64,000 nucleotides of DNA from Actinomycetota bacterium (GCA_020438795.1 JAGQTY010000004.1:85941-149940), one strand, 5' to 3'. Shown: positions 31,082 to 45,084, counted from the first letter of the stretch. The notes: generated by a model from the sequence alone, not told the origin. A program made the numbers and translations.

Positions 31082-32604
31082 CCACTGTCTACAACCCCCT
31101 GCGCGACAGCAGGGACCGACGATTGCCGCGCATCGCAGGGCCGTGTGCCCTGGTGCTCTTCGGCGTCACCGGTGACCTTGCCCGCAAGAAGGTAATGCCC
31201 GCGATCTACGACCTCGCCAACCGGGGCCTGCTGCCCCCCAACTTCGCGCTCGTCGGGTTCGCCCGGCGGGAACACTCCGACCAGGACTTCGCGAAGGTGG
31301 TGCACGACGCGGTCGCCGAGCACTCCCGAACCCCGTTCAGCGAAGAAGTCTGGAAGCAGCTCAGCGAAGGGCTGCGTTTCGTCCCGGGCGACTTCAACAA
31401 CGACGCTGCCTTCGATGAGCTGGCGGCCACTCTGCGCCGCCTGGATGTGGAACGCGGAACCGGGGGCAACCATGCCTTCTACTTCTCGATCCCGCCGTGG
31501 GCTTTCCCCGTGGTGACCCAGCAGCTCAAGCGCTCCGGTCTCAGCGATCCGCCGCCCGGCGCGTGGAGTCGCGTGGTGATCGAGAAGCCCTTCGGCCACA
31601 ACCTGGAGAGCGCACAGGAGCTCAACAGGGTCGTCGACAGCGTTTTCGCTCCGGGCAGCGTGTTCCGGATCGACCACTACCTCGGCAAGGAGACTGTGCA
31701 GAACCTGATGGCGATCCGGTTCGCGAACAACCTGTTCGAGCCCATCTGGGATGCCCGGTACGTGGACCACGTGCAGATCACCATGGCCGAGGACATCGGC
31801 ATCGGCAGCCGCGCGGGCTACTACGACGGTATCGGCGCCGCCCGCGACGTGATCCAGAATCACCTGTTGCAGCTGATGGCGCTGACCGCCATGGAGGAGC
31901 CCGTTGCCTTCGACGCCGAGTCAGTGCGTGTTGAGAAGGAGAAGGTGCTCAGCGCCGTTGTGCTGCCACAGGAGCTGGGACTGCACACCTCAAGGGGTCA
32001 GTACGGCCCCGGCTGGCAGGGTGGCGTCAAGGTCAAGGGGTACCTGCAGGAAGCAGGCATCCCTAAGGACTCGAAGACCGACACCTTTGCGGCGATCAGG
32101 CTGGACATCGACACCCGGCGCTGGGCCGGCGTTCCGTTCTACCTGCGCACGGGCAAACGCCTCGGCCGACGCGTGACCGAGATCGCGGTGGTGTTCAAGC
32201 GGGCACCCCATCTGCCGTTCGCAGACTCGGCGGTCGAGGAACTCGGCCAGAACGCGATCGTGCTGCGTGTGCAGCCCGACGAGGGCATGACGGTCCGGTT
32301 CGGCTCCAAGGTGCCCGGCACCGCGATGGAGGTTCGCGACGTGACCATGGACTTCCAGTACGGCGAGTCCTTCACCCAGGCCTCTCCCGAAGCCTACGAG
32401 CGCCTCATCCTCGATGTGCTTCTCGGCGACGCTCCCCTGTTCCCGCGGCACCGTGAGGTCGAGATGAGCTGGAAGATCCTGGACCCGATCCTCGACTACT
32501 GGGCGGAGCACGGCAGGCCCGACCAGTACACGTCCGGTGGCTGGGGCCCGAAGTCCTCCTACGAGATGATGGCCCGCGACGGCCGGATGTGGAGACGACC
32601 ATGA
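31078..32604 (+). CDS. zwf: glucose-6-phosphate dehydrogenase
   Basis: GVTGDLARKK dinucleotide fold and RIDHYLGKE active-site motif. Confidence 0.95.
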   Translation: MTTVYNPLRDSRDRRLPRIAGPCALVLFGVTGDLARKKVMPAIYDLANRGLLPPNFALVGFARREHSDQDFAKVVHDAVAEHSRTPFSEEVWKQLSEGLRFVPGDFNNDAAFDELAATLRRLDVERGTGGNHAFYFSIPPWAFPVVTQQLKRSGLSDPPPGAWSRVVIEKPFGHNLESAQELNRVVDSVFAPGSVFRIDHYLGKETVQNLMAIRFANNLFEPIWDARYVDHVQITMAEDIGIGSRAGYYDGIGAARDVIQNHLLQLMALTAMEEPVAFDAESVRVEKEKVLSAVVLPQELGLHTSRGQYGPGWQGGVKVKGYLQEAGIPKDSKTDTFAAIRLDIDTRRWAGVPFYLRTGKRLGRRVTEIAVVFKRAPHLPFADSAVEELGQNAIVLRVQPDEGMTVRFGSKVPGTAMEVRDVTMDFQYGESFTQASPEAYERLILDVLLGDAPLFPRHREVEMSWKILDPILDYWAEHGRPDQYTSGGWGPKSSYEMMARDGRMWRRP

Positions 32605-33650
32605 TCCGACTGGAGGACACCACCGGCAGTGCGGTCTCGAACGCGATCGCCGCCGAGCGGCACCGGATGGGCTCACCTGCGACGGGAATGGTGATGACAC
32701 TGCTCATCATCGCCGACGAGGCGAACCAGACCGACGCCACCATGGCGGCGGCGATGGCCGCACGAGAGCACCCGATGAGGATTCTGGTGCTGATCCCGCG
32801 CTTGAGCCGCGACGCCGCACGACTGGATGCCGAGATCATGGTGGGCGGTGATGACGGTCCGGGCGAGGTCGCCAAACTGCGTATGCACGGTGAACTGGCC
32901 CACCACATCGGCTCCGTGGCCATTCCGCTGCTGCTGCCTGACACCCCCATCGTGGCCTGGTGGCCCAGCGAGGCACCGAAGGTGCCGAGTGAGGACGAGA
33001 TCGGCGCGCACGCGCAGCGCCGGATCATCGATTCCACCGCCTCGGCCCGACAGACAGTGGCTCTCAAGAACAGCATCAAGGGCTACGCGCCCGGCGACAC
33101 CGATCTGGCGTGGACGAAGACCACCTCGTGGCGCACACTGCTGGCCGCAACCCTGGACCAGCCTCATGCCGACATCATCGGTGCGGAGGTCTCGGTGCCC
33201 ACGTCACACGCATCCGGGCTCATGCTGGCCGCGTGGCTCGGACAGCGACTGGGTGTGCCAGCTTCAGTGATCAACAGCAAGGGCCCCAGCATCACGAATG
33301 TGCGCCTGATCATGACCGATGGCGAGATCAACCTCTCCCGTCGTGACGGGTCCACCGCTCATCTGCTTCGACGTGGCATGCCGCCGGCAACGGTGGCGCT
33401 GCCGCGACGCAGCATTGCGGACCTGCTGGCCGAGGAACTTCGGCGGCTCGATCCCGATGAGGTGTTCGGCGAGGCATTGCGCAACGTCCCGAATGTGACC
33501 AAGGGCAAGCTGAAGCTCGGCGCACGGACGAAGCCCGGCAAGAAGGCGGCCCCGGCAGCAGAGGGAGCCAAGGCCGAGTCGAAGAAGTCAGGAGCCAAGG
33601 CCGAGTCGAAGAAGTCAGAAGCCAAGTCGAAGCCGGGGAAGAAGAAATGA
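32601..33650 (+). CDS. opcA: glucose-6-phosphate dehydrogenase assembly protein OpcA with a Lys/Ala-rich C-terminal tail
   Basis: MIRLEDTT N-terminus typical of OpcA. ATGA overlap with the zwf stop. The last ~50 residues are a KA-rich tail. Confidence 0.9.
   Translation: MIRLEDTTGSAVSNAIAAERHRMGSPATGMVMTLLIIADEANQTDATMAAAMAAREHPMRILVLIPRLSRDAARLDAEIMVGGDDGPGEVAKLRMHGELAHHIGSVAIPLLLPDTPIVAWWPSEAPKVPSEDEIGAHAQRRIIDSTASARQTVALKNSIKGYAPGDTDLAWTKTTSWRTLLAATLDQPHADIIGAEVSVPTSHASGLMLAAWLGQRLGVPASVINSKGPSITNVRLIMTDGEINLSRRDGSTAHLLRRGMPPATVALPRRSIADLLAEELRRLDPDEVFGEALRNVPNVTKGKLKLGARTKPGKKAAPAAEGAKAESKKSGAKAESKKSEAKSKPGKKK
33567..33620 (+). repeat. 27-bp tandem duplication inside the opcA tail
   Basis: GCCAAGGCCGAGTCGAAGAAGTCAGGA (33567-33593) is repeated at 33594-33620 with one mismatch and encodes AKAESKKSG / AKAESKKSE. 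A partial third unit follows. Confidence 0.9.
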
Positions 33651-34426
33651 GCGACGTCGAGGTCATCGTCCATCCGGATGCGGAGGCACTCGCGGCAGCG
33701 GTCGCCTCCCGCCTGATCACCTCCATCATCGACGCTCAGGCCGATCACGGCCGGGCACAGGTGGTACTGACCGGAGGCGGGATGGGCGGCAAGTCCCAGC
33801 AGGCCGTGGTCAAGGACCCCTCGCAACGTGCTGTGGACTGGGACAAGGTCGACTTCTACTGGGGCGACGAACGCTTCCTCCCAGAGGGTCACCCGGACCG
33901 CAATGAGACTCAGGCGCGCGCTGCGATCCTGACGCCCCTGTCGATCAAGGAGTCGTGTATCCACGCCATGCCCGCGAGCAACGGGGCGTGGGGTGACGAC
34001 CTCGCCGCAGCGGCGGTGGGCCACGCACAGGAGCTGGCAGCGCTCGCCGGGCCGGATTCGGCACTGCAGGTGCCCGTCTTCGACGTCCTGATGCTGGGAG
34101 TCGGACCCGACGCCCACATCGCATCTCTGTTCCCGGACCACAGCGACACCCACGTCGATGATGTGAGCGTCTACTGGATCGACGACTCCCCCAAGCCGCC
34201 GCCGCAGCGCCTCACCTTCACCTTTCCGGTGATCAGGTCGGCGACGGAGGTCTGGCTGGTTGCCTCTGGCGCGGAGAAGGCCGCGGCGTTCGCTGAAGCA
34301 CTGAAACCCGGTGCCGACATCTCGCACTATCCAGCAGCCGGGGCGAAGGGGCGAGTGCGCACGCTGGCACTCGTGGATGAGGCCGCCGCCAGCGAACTTC
34401 CCGAGTCGATGATCCGTCGATCCTGA
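33647..34426 (+). CDS. pgl: 6-phosphogluconolactonase
   Basis: VLTGGGMG and WGDERF motifs. ATGA overlap with the opcA stop. Confidence 0.9.
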   Translation: MSDVEVIVHPDAEALAAAVASRLITSIIDAQADHGRAQVVLTGGGMGGKSQQAVVKDPSQRAVDWDKVDFYWGDERFLPEGHPDRNETQARAAILTPLSIKESCIHAMPASNGAWGDDLAAAAVGHAQELAALAGPDSALQVPVFDVLMLGVGPDAHIASLFPDHSDTHVDDVSVYWIDDSPKPPPQRLTFTFPVIRSATEVWLVASGAEKAAAFAEALKPGADISHYPAAGAKGRVRTLALVDEAAASELPESMIRRS

Positions 34427-34458
34427 CGCCTCGTGCGCAGGACCGGACGGTCAGCACC

Positions 34459-34800
34459 TCAGAAGTCGTCGGAGTTGTTGAGCTCCTCCAGGGCCTCGCT
34501 GAGGATCGAATCGGCCTCCTCCTGGGAGCGCCGCTCCTTCACGTACGTGAGGTGAGTCTTGTACGGCTCGATCTTGGGCGGAGCTGGAGGGTTCGCCTCG
34601 TCCTTGCCGGCGGGCCAGCCGCAGCGCGGGCAGTCCCACTGATCGGGCACCGTGGCGCCCGCGAGGAAACTCGGCGTCGTCTTATGCTGGTTCGCACACC
34701 AGAACGCCACGTAGATCCGTGGAGCCGACTCCCCTCGTTCAGCCTCCCCCATGGGTCCGGCGCCCACGCGGCTACCCCGAATTGCATGCCCACCGGCCAT
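34459..34800 (-). CDS. rbpA: RNA polymerase-binding protein RbpA
   Basis: 113 aa with the conserved RIYVAFWCANQH...WDCPRCGWPAG...THLTYVKERR. ATG 34800 has GAGGAGGG upstream. Confidence 0.9.
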   Translation of the reverse strand: MAGGHAIRGSRVGAGPMGEAERGESAPRIYVAFWCANQHKTTPSFLAGATVPDQWDCPRCGWPAGKDEANPPAPPKIEPYKTHLTYVKERRSQEEADSILSEALEELNNSDDF

Positions 34801-34818
34801 GTCGTGCCCTCCTCGGCA

Positions 34819-34841
34819 GATCACTGGTCAACACAGTGATC
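34819..34841. promoter_or_regulatory. perfect 8-bp inverted repeat just upstream of the rbpA SD
   Basis: GATCACTG, then GTCAACA, then CAGTGATC, ending 5 nt before the SD complement (34806-34813). Confidence 0.3.
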
Positions 34842-34996
34842 TTAGGCAGGAATACTCACGGGTGTCGGGATGAGCGGACATCCCACACGCGTGTTAGAGG
34901 TCACAAATCGGCAGCTTTCAGCAAAGAGTCACGGAATCTGCCGGTCCGTCACACAGCGTCGCCAACGGGTCAGTTGAGCCGGGATCGCCTGCCACC

Positions 34997-35788
34997 TCAC
35001 TGATGGGCCTTGTCGGCCTCCTGTGGAATCTGGAGTTGCTGGCTGCCGGAAAAGAACTGCCGGAAGCAGAGATAGGCCGCCGTCAGTCCGGCCACCGCAC
35101 TGGCTCCTACCAGCATGTACATGACGATGATCTGCAGTTGCACCGCAGCCAGGGGTTCGGCACCCGCGATCAGCATGCCCGTCATGGCACCTGGCAGGGC
35201 GACCAGACCGACCGTCTTGGTGTTGTCGATGATGGGCGTCATCCCAGTAGCCAGCGCCCTTCGGAGCTGGCCCGCCGCGGCCTGCTTCGGAGTGGCCCCC
35301 AGCGCCAGTGCGGTCTCCACCTCCAGCCGCTGCTGCATGAGGGCATCGCGCAATGACGACATCACCAGGCCGGTCACGACCATCGAATTGCCGATGATCA
35401 TGCCGGCGATCGGAATGATGTATCGCGGCGTGAACGGGAAGACCTGCAACACGATCAGCACCCCGAGTGTGAGGACCCCGGCCACCACGATGGCGGCGGT
35501 CGCCAGCCAGCCACCGTGTGGGATACCCTTCGCGCGCGAACCGGCGGTGAGACCGGCCGCGGTGAACATCACGGCCACGGCGAACGGGATGGCGAGCCAC
35601 GCGTCCAGACCGAAGATCCACTGCAGCGCGAAACCGAGGATCATGAGCTGCAGAAACGCCCGCACGACAGCGATGAGCATGTTGCCCTCGAGATGCAGCC
35701 GCTGCCATACCGAGATGGCGATCGCCACGGCCACGAGGCTCAGGGCCCCGAGCAGGCGGGGCAGGAAGTCGAGCCATCCGTCAATCAT
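34997..35788 (-). CDS. FetB/YbbM-like (UPF0014) ABC transporter permease
   Basis: 263 aa, multi-TM, YbbM-family similarity. ATGA overlap with the upstream ATPase gene. Confidence 0.8.
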   Translation of the reverse strand: MIDGWLDFLPRLLGALSLVAVAIAISVWQRLHLEGNMLIAVVRAFLQLMILGFALQWIFGLDAWLAIPFAVAVMFTAAGLTAGSRAKGIPHGGWLATAAIVVAGVLTLGVLIVLQVFPFTPRYIIPIAGMIIGNSMVVTGLVMSSLRDALMQQRLEVETALALGATPKQAAAGQLRRALATGMTPIIDNTKTVGLVALPGAMTGMLIAGAEPLAAVQLQIIVMYMLVGASAVAGLTAAYLCFRQFFSGSQQLQIPQEADKAHQ

Positions 35789-36567
35789 CCGGTCTCCTCC
35801 GGGCGATGGTGTGAGACGGGGGCACCCTCGTCGAACCGGCCTGCGGCGAATTCGCCGCTGAGATGAGCGTGTTCCCCGGACAGCAGATGCTCAGCCGGAC
35901 CGAATTCCACCACCCTGCCAGCGGCCAGCAACCCGACATCGTGGGCGGTGCGGGCCACCTGATCGACCGAGTGCGACACCCAGACCACCGAGATCCCCAG
36001 CTGCCGGTTGAGGTGCAGGACCGCATCCTCCACATGACGCGTCGCTCGTGGGTCCAGCGCGCTCGTCGGCTCGTCCAGGAGCAGCACCTCCGGTTCGTTG
36101 GCCAGTATCCGGGCCAGCGCCACTCGCTGCGCCTGGCCGCCGGACAGGTCACGGGCACTCCGGGTCCGGAGGTCTTCGGGAAGTCCCACGAGCCGCAGCA
36201 GCTCAGTGATGCGCTCGGGGGAGACTTCGGCGCCGACGTACGAAGGGCCCACAGCGATGTTGTCCGCGACGGTACCTGGGAACATGACCGCCTGCTGGAA
36301 CATCAGCCCCACCCGGCGTCGCAGCAGGCTGACATCGATCGTGGTGATGTCGACACCATCGAGCATCACGGTGCCTGCAGGCGGTTCCACGAGCCGGTTC
36401 AGGCACCGCAGCAGGGTCGACTTGCCGCTGCCACTCGGGCCGATGAGCGAGGTGATCGCCCCCCTGCGTGCGGAGAGGGTCGCTCCGGTGAGGACGTCGG
36501 TGTCGCCGAGGGCCACCGAGAGCCCGCGCACGGCCATGATGCTGCCGGCAGACGCTGGCGCGGCCAT
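35785..36567 (-). CDS. FetA/YbbL-like ABC transporter ATP-binding protein
   Basis: Walker A GPSGSGKST, signature LSGGQAQR, Walker B LLLDEPTSALD. Confidence 0.85.
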   Translation of the reverse strand: MAAPASAGSIMAVRGLSVALGDTDVLTGATLSARRGAITSLIGPSGSGKSTLLRCLNRLVEPPAGTVMLDGVDITTIDVSLLRRRVGLMFQQAVMFPGTVADNIAVGPSYVGAEVSPERITELLRLVGLPEDLRTRSARDLSGGQAQRVALARILANEPEVLLLDEPTSALDPRATRHVEDAVLHLNRQLGISVVWVSHSVDQVARTAHDVGLLAAGRVVEFGPAEHLLSGEHAHLSGEFAAGRFDEGAPVSHHRPEETG

Positions 36568-36577
36568 AGCGGTCGGG

Positions 36578-36808
36578 TCAGGTCCCGACCAGCAGACCGA
36601 GACCGACGATACTGGCGAACCAGACCAGTCCGATCACCACAGTGATCCGGTCCAGGTTCTTCTCGGCCACGGACGATCCGCCCACACTGCTCGAGATGCC
36701 ACCGCCGAAGAGATCGGACATGCCGCCGCCCTTGCCCTTGTGCAACAGCACCAGGAGAACAAGCAGCACGCTGGTGATAACAAGCAGTACCTGCAGTAGC
36801 AACGTCAC
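36578..36808 (-). CDS. secG: preprotein translocase subunit SecG
   Basis: 76 aa, two TM helices, LLHKGKGGG motif. GTG start. Confidence 0.9.
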   Translation of the reverse strand: MTLLLQVLLVITSVLLVLLVLLHKGKGGGMSDLFGGGISSSVGGSSVAEKNLDRITVVIGLVWFASIVGLGLLVGT

Positions 36809-36854
36809 GAGATCATCCTAGCTCAGACCTGGGTACGGCGCGGCGCCGCCGCAG

Positions 36855-37643
36855 CTACTCGGCGACAGGCGGATGCAGCGGATACTTGACGATTCCCACG
36901 AAGTCATCGGGGTCCAGGCTCGCTCCGCCCACCAGACCGCCGTCGACATCGGGTTGCGCCATCAGTGCCGCGGCATTGGTGGACTTCACCGAGCCGCCGT
37001 ACAGGATACGGATCCCGTCGGCGGTCTCCTCACCGAACAGCTCGACCAGCAGGCCCCGCAGCGCGGCGCAGACTTCTTGGGCGTCCTCGGGTGTGGCCAC
37101 CTGTCCGGTGCCGATGGCCCAGACGGGCTCGTAGGCGATGACCAAGGACTTCGCCTCGTCAGCCGAGATACCGGCCAGCGACTCCCGGAGCTCGTTGACG
37201 TTGTAGGTGACCTGGTTGCCGATCTCCCTGATGTCGAGCCCCTCCCCGACACAGACGATCGGGGTCATGTTGTGCAGCAGGACCCGTTTGGCCTTCACAT
37301 TCACGTCGGCGTTGGTCTCGCCGTGGTACTGCCGCCGCTCGCTGTGCCCCACGATCACGTAGGTGCAGCCGAGTTTTGCCAGCATCGCGGCCGATACCTC
37401 ACCGGTGTATGCCCCGGCCTCGTGCTCCGAACAGTCCTGGCCGCCGAAGGCGATGGCGTAGTTGTCGGCGTCGATGAGGGTCTGCACAGACCTGATGTCG
37501 GTGAAGGGCGGCATCACCGCCACCTCAACCGCATCGGTGTCCTTCGCGTTCAGGGAGTAGGCGATCTTCTGGACCAGGGCGATGGCCTCGAGATGATTCA
37601 TGTTCATCTTCCAGTTGCCCGCGATCAGGGGTTTGCGCGCCAT
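36855..37643 (-). CDS. tpiA: triose-phosphate isomerase
   Basis: AGNWKMN, HSERR and [10 protein letters not shown] motifs. Confidence 0.95.
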   Translation of the reverse strand: MARKPLIAGNWKMNMNHLEAIALVQKIAYSLNAKDTDAVEVAVMPPFTDIRSVQTLIDADNYAIAFGGQDCSEHEAGAYTGEVSAAMLAKLGCTYVIVGHSERRQYHGETNADVNVKAKRVLLHNMTPIVCVGEGLDIREIGNQVTYNVNELRESLAGISADEAKSLVIAYEPVWAIGTGQVATPEDAQEVCAALRGLLVELFGEETADGIRILYGGSVKSTNAAALMAQPDVDGGLVGGASLDPDDFVGIVKYPLHPPVAE

Positions 37644-37646
37644 CTA

Positions 37647-38849
37647 CTACTCCTCCAAAACAGCGATGCCCGGAAGTTCCTTGCCCTCCAGGAACTCCAG
37701 ACTGGCACCTCCGCCGGTGGAAATGTGACTGAATCGCTCTTCGCCGATGCCCAATTGCCGGATTGCTGCTGCGCTGTCCCCGCCGCCCACCACCGTGAAG
37801 CCACCGGCGGCGGCGATCGCTTCGGCCACCCCCGCGGTGCCGAGTGCGAACGGCTCCATCTCGAAGACGCCCATCGGCCCGTTCCAGACGATGGTCGCGG
37901 CGTCCGACAGCTTGGTCGCGAAGAGTTCGATGCTGGCCGGACCGATGTCCAGGCCCATCCAGCCGGGTTCGATGGAGTCGGCAGGCACGGTCTTGCGTTC
38001 GGCGTCCGCCGAGAACGAGCGAGCGACGACCACGTCGATGGGCAGCACGATCTCGACACCGGCCTCCTCCGCACGCCGCATCACCTCAGCGACGGTCTCG
38101 ATCTGATCCGCTTCGAGCAGCGAATCGCCAACGTCGAACCCCTTGGCCGCCAGGAAGGTGTAGCACATACCGCCGCCGATCACGAGGCGATCCACGGTGG
38201 GCAGCAGGTTGCCGATGACCGCGAGCTTGTCGGACACCTTGGCGCCGCCGAGCACCACGACGTACGGCCGGTCCGGATCCCGCAGGACCTTGCGGAACAC
38301 CTCGGCCTCTGCCTGTACAAGATTGCCCGCCGCGTGAGGCAGGCGCTTGGCGACATCGGTGACACTGGCCTGTTCCCGATGTACCACCCCGAAGCCGTCC
38401 GAGACGTAGAGGTCCGCGAGTCCCGCCAGCTCATTGGCGAGCTCGCCGCGCTCGGCCTCCTGCTTGCTGGTCTCCCGGGGATCGAAACGCACATTCTCCA
38501 GCAGCAGAATGTCGCCGTCGGACATCCCGCTCACCGCGAGTTGCACGTCCTCACCGGTGAGCTGGGGCACGAACCCCACAGGGCGTCCGAGCAGTTCGGC
38601 GAGCCGCACGGCGACCGGTGCCAGGGACAGCTCGGGTTTCACCTGCCCCTTGGGCCGGCCGAGGTGGGCCATGACGATCACACGGGCACCGCCGTCGGCG
38701 AGCTGGGCGATGGTGGGAAGGCTGGCCCGGATACGGCCGTCATCGGTGATGACGACGTTCCCGGACTCATCCTTGCCCAACGGCACGTTCAGGTCGGCAC
38801 GGACAAGCACTCTCTTGCCGGCGACCTGCAGGTCCGACAGCGACAACAA
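37647..38849 (-). CDS. pgk: phosphoglycerate kinase
   Basis: RADLNVPL and GGGDS motifs. The track ORF's N-terminus (to 38990) overlaps gap and is discounted. The likely TTG start is at 38849 or 38846, after a GGGGG stretch and just downstream of the gap stop. Confidence 0.9.
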   Translation of the reverse strand: MLSLSDLQVAGKRVLVRADLNVPLGKDESGNVVITDDGRIRASLPTIAQLADGGARVIVMAHLGRPKGQVKPELSLAPVAVRLAELLGRPVGFVPQLTGEDVQLAVSGMSDGDILLLENVRFDPRETSKQEAERGELANELAGLADLYVSDGFGVVHREQASVTDVAKRLPHAAGNLVQAEAEVFRKVLRDPDRPYVVVLGGAKVSDKLAVIGNLLPTVDRLVIGGGMCYTFLAAKGFDVGDSLLEADQIETVAEVMRRAEEAGVEIVLPIDVVVARSFSADAERKTVPADSIEPGWMGLDIGPASIELFATKLSDAATIVWNGPMGVFEMEPFALGTAGVAEAIAAAGGFTVVGGGDSAAAIRQLGIGEERFSHISTGGGASLEFLEGKELPGIAVLEE

Positions 38850-38860
38850 GGCGGTGCCCC

Positions 38861-39955
<1,095 letters not shown>

Positions 39956-40080
39956 CTATCGGAGAAGCGGACAACGGGACCGTGCAGGTCACCGAAGTGG
40001 GCGCATGTTTGCGGACAAAGGTCCCGCCGGTGGAGACGGTGCTCCATAGGCCCACCACCCAGCGTGATGGCCAACGGCGT

Positions 40081-41061
40081 TCAGTCGACCAGCATCTCCT
40101 CGGTGAGGTTGGCCTCGGTCCCCGGAACACCGGACAGCTCTGCCTTCTTGTCGGCCATGGCGAGCAACCTGCGGATGCGTCCGGCGATGGCGTCCTTGGT
40201 CAGCGGCGGGGCAGCCAGTGCTCCCAGTTCCTCCAGGCTGGCCTGACGGTGCTCGACCCGGAGCTGGCCGGCGGCCCGCAGATGCTCGGGCACCTCCTCG
40301 CCGAGAATCTCCAGGGCGCGTTCGACGCGGGCGCCCGCGGCAACCGCCGCCCGGGCGGAACGGCGCAGGTTGGCGTCGTCGAAGTTGGCCAGCCTGTTGG
40401 CGGTAGCACGAACCTCGCGGCGCATCCGTCGTTCCTCCCACGTGAGCCGCGCCTGCTGGCAGCCCATCCGGGTCAGCATCTCGCTGATCGCCTCTCCGTC
40501 TCGGATCACCACACGGTCGACACCCCGGACCTCGCGAGCCTTGGCGACGATGCCGAGGCGGCGAGCGCTGCCGACCAGGGCCAGTGCGGTCTCGGGACTC
40601 GGGCAGGTGATCTCGAGCGCCGAGGAACGTCCGGGCTCGGTCAGCGATCCGTGGGCCAGGAATGCAGCACGCCAGGCCGACTCCGCATCACAGGGACCAC
40701 CGGCGACGACCGCGGGAGGCAGCCCCCGGACCGGCCGACCCCGACCGTCGACCAGGCCCGTCTGCCGGGCGAGCCAGGCACCACCTTCGGTGATCCGGAT
40801 CGCGTACTTGGCCGATCGCCGCAGCCCCGAGGGCTGCACGACCGCGAAGGTCACCTCGTGCCCGTAGAGCGACTTCACATCGTTGCGGATCCGTCGCGCG
40901 ATGGCGCCACTGTCGAACTCCGCCTCCACGAGCACCTGACCGGAGACGAGCTGCAGGCTTCCGGCGATCCGCAGCATGGTCGCGACCTCAGTCTTGCGAC
41001 AGCATGTCTTCGTCACTTCGATGCGACTGAGTTCGTCCTTGACCTCTGCGGTTAATGCCAT
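40081..41061 (-). CDS. whiA: DNA-binding sporulation/cell-division regulator WhiA
   Basis: [12 protein letters not shown]-terminus, LAGLIDADG-like core, C-terminal HTH. ATG 41061 overlaps the yvcK stop (ATGGCATTAA). Confidence 0.9.
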   Translation of the reverse strand: MALTAEVKDELSRIEVTKTCCRKTEVATMLRIAGSLQLVSGQVLVEAEFDSGAIARRIRNDVKSLYGHEVTFAVVQPSGLRRSAKYAIRITEGGAWLARQTGLVDGRGRPVRGLPPAVVAGGPCDAESAWRAAFLAHGSLTEPGRSSALEITCPSPETALALVGSARRLGIVAKAREVRGVDRVVIRDGEAISEMLTRMGCQQARLTWEERRMRREVRATANRLANFDDANLRRSARAAVAAGARVERALEILGEEVPEHLRAAGQLRVEHRQASLEELGALAAPPLTKDAIAGRIRRLLAMADKKAELSGVPGTEANLTEEMLVD

Positions 41062-42044
41062 GCACCGATCCTGCCACGACCTGTGATTTCGGCAAAAGCC
41101 GCGGCCAGCAGATCGGGGTCGTGGATCCCGCGGACCATGCCCCGGTCGGTACTCACCCTCCGGATCAGCGCAGTGGCGCCGATCGCCCGGCACGCGGCAT
41201 GGAAGGCAGATTCGTCGGCGATACTGCGAGGATCGACCAGGACCGTGTCAATAGGCAGATCGGGCCAGGTGGAAGTCAGAACCTCAACGTAACGTGCAGC
41301 TGTATAGCCACTGGTTTCACCCGATTGAGGGACGAGATTCAGCACCACCACCACTTGCGCATCCGAGCCGATGATGGCTGCCCGCAGTTCCGGAACCAGC
41401 AATGGGGCCATGACGCTGGTGAACCAGGAGCCGGGACCGAGGATGATGGTCTGTGATGTCCGGATCGCGTCCACCGCTTCCGGGCACGCGGGCGGGTTGC
41501 GAGGGATGACTCCGACGTCCTCGACCTGTCCCGAAGTGGTGGCGACGGCCACCTGCCCACGGACTTCTTCGAGACGGCCAGTTTCGGAATCGTCCGGAAA
41601 GCGGACAGACGCCACGATCTCCAGGGGGACGGTCGAGACCGGAAGCACCCGCCCCCGGGCACCGAGCAGTGCTGCCACCCAGTCGAGCCCCACCACGACA
41701 TCGCCGGTCTCTTCCCACAGGGAAGTGATCAGCAGGTTCCCGAGAGAGTGTCCTCGCAGCTCACCGTCACCCCCGAACCGGTGCTGGACCACCCTGCTCC
41801 ACGTCCGTCCCCAGGTGTCACCGCCGCACAGCGCCGCGAGCGCCATTCGCAGGTCGCCAGGGGGCAGGACTCCGAGTTCATGCCTGAGCCTCCCAGATGA
41901 TCCGCCGTCATCGGAGACTCCTACCACGGCAGTGATGCTGTCGGTGACGCGTTGCAGAGCCGACAAGGTGGCGGCCAGTCCGTGACCCCCGCCGATGGCC
42001 GTGACCTTGGGGCCGTGGGACGAAGGAGGCAGTCCTGTTCTCAT
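41052..42044 (-). CDS. yvcK: YvcK/CuvA-family (CofD-like) gluconeogenesis/cell-shape factor
   Basis: IGGGHGL motif. ATG 42044 makes an ATGA overlap with the rapZ stop. Confidence 0.85.
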   Translation of the reverse strand: MRTGLPPSSHGPKVTAIGGGHGLAATLSALQRVTDSITAVVGVSDDGGSSGRLRHELGVLPPGDLRMALAALCGGDTWGRTWSRVVQHRFGGDGELRGHSLGNLLITSLWEETGDVVVGLDWVAALLGARGRVLPVSTVPLEIVASVRFPDDSETGRLEEVRGQVAVATTSGQVEDVGVIPRNPPACPEAVDAIRTSQTIILGPGSWFTSVMAPLLVPELRAAIIGSDAQVVVVLNLVPQSGETSGYTAARYVEVLTSTWPDLPIDTVLVDPRSIADESAFHAACRAIGATALIRRVSTDRGMVRGIHDPDLLAAAFAEITGRGRIGAWH

Positions 42045-42925
42045 TCGCGGCCCAGATCCCGGTGCATGACAAGCGTCTCCACTCCCTGCTTCACCAGTCG
42101 GGCGCTGAGGTTCTCCGCCATGGCGACGCTGCGATGCTTGCCACCAGTGCATCCGATGGCCACCGTCACGTATCGCTTGCCCTCACGCAGGAAGCCGGAG
42201 GCGGCGCCGTCGAGCAACTGCGCCACCTGATCCAGGAAGGCAGGGGCATCGTCGCGACTCACGACGTAGTCGTTCACCGCAGCGTCGAGGCCGGTCAGTT
42301 CCCTGAGCTCCGGCACCCAGTAGGGGTTGGGGATGAACCGCACGTCGAAGACATAGTCGGCGTCCACCGGGATGCCGTACTTAAAACCGAAGGACATGAT
42401 CGTGGCCCGCAATGGCACGTGCTGTTCGTCGGGGAATGCTGCCTCCACGCGCCGGCGCAGTTCATGCACGTTCAGAGAGGTCGTGTCGATGACCAGATCT
42501 GCGTCGCTGCGCAATGTACTGAGCAGCTCACGCTCCTCCACGAGGCCATCGAGCACCCGTCCGGTGCCCTGGAGCGGATGCGGGCGCCGGCTGCTCTCGA
42601 AACGCCGGACCAGCGCCTCGTCACTGGCCTCCAGGTAGAGAGTGCGGACATTCACCCCGGCGGCCTCGATCCCGTCGAGCGACTGCTTGAGCTGCTCGAA
42701 GACGTTACCCCCACGAGCGTCCACAACCACGGCCAGACCGGCTGCACTCACCGGAGGGGGAGCTGCGTTTACCGCATCGGCCAGCAACACCGGCGGCAGG
42801 TTGTCGATCACGAACCACCCGAGGTCCTCCAGTGCCCGGGCCACCGTGGACTTCCCGGCTCCTGACATTCCGGTGACGAGCAGGAACTCGTCGTGTCCAC
42901 CCGGCATAACCGCCTGATCCAGCAC
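42041..42925 (-). CDS. rapZ: RNase adapter / nucleotide-binding protein RapZ
   Basis: P-loop GMSGAGKST and C-terminal IGCTGGKHRSV motif. Confidence 0.9.
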   Translation of the reverse strand: MLDQAVMPGGHDEFLLVTGMSGAGKSTVARALEDLGWFVIDNLPPVLLADAVNAAPPPVSAAGLAVVVDARGGNVFEQLKQSLDGIEAAGVNVRTLYLEASDEALVRRFESSRRPHPLQGTGRVLDGLVEERELLSTLRSDADLVIDTTSLNVHELRRRVEAAFPDEQHVPLRATIMSFGFKYGIPVDADYVFDVRFIPNPYWVPELRELTGLDAAVNDYVVSRDDAPAFLDQVAQLLDGAASGFLREGKRYVTVAIGCTGGKHRSVAMAENLSARLVKQGVETLVMHRDLGRE

Positions 42926-43023
42926 CGCGCCTCATTCCGTTACCAGTGCCAGGCTAGTCAAACCATCCGCTGTTGGCTGTCCGGAAGGCCAGGTGGCCCA
43001 GGATTGCACCCCGGGCAGGGTTC

Positions 43024-44979
<1,956 letters not shown>

Positions 44980-45084
44980 GAATTCAGTCTATCTGTGGTC
45001 AAGGTCACGTTGAGGTCACGGTTAAGTGACGAGCATCATGCCCATTCCGCGAACGGAGTTCCGATCCGCAGGGACACTTATCTG

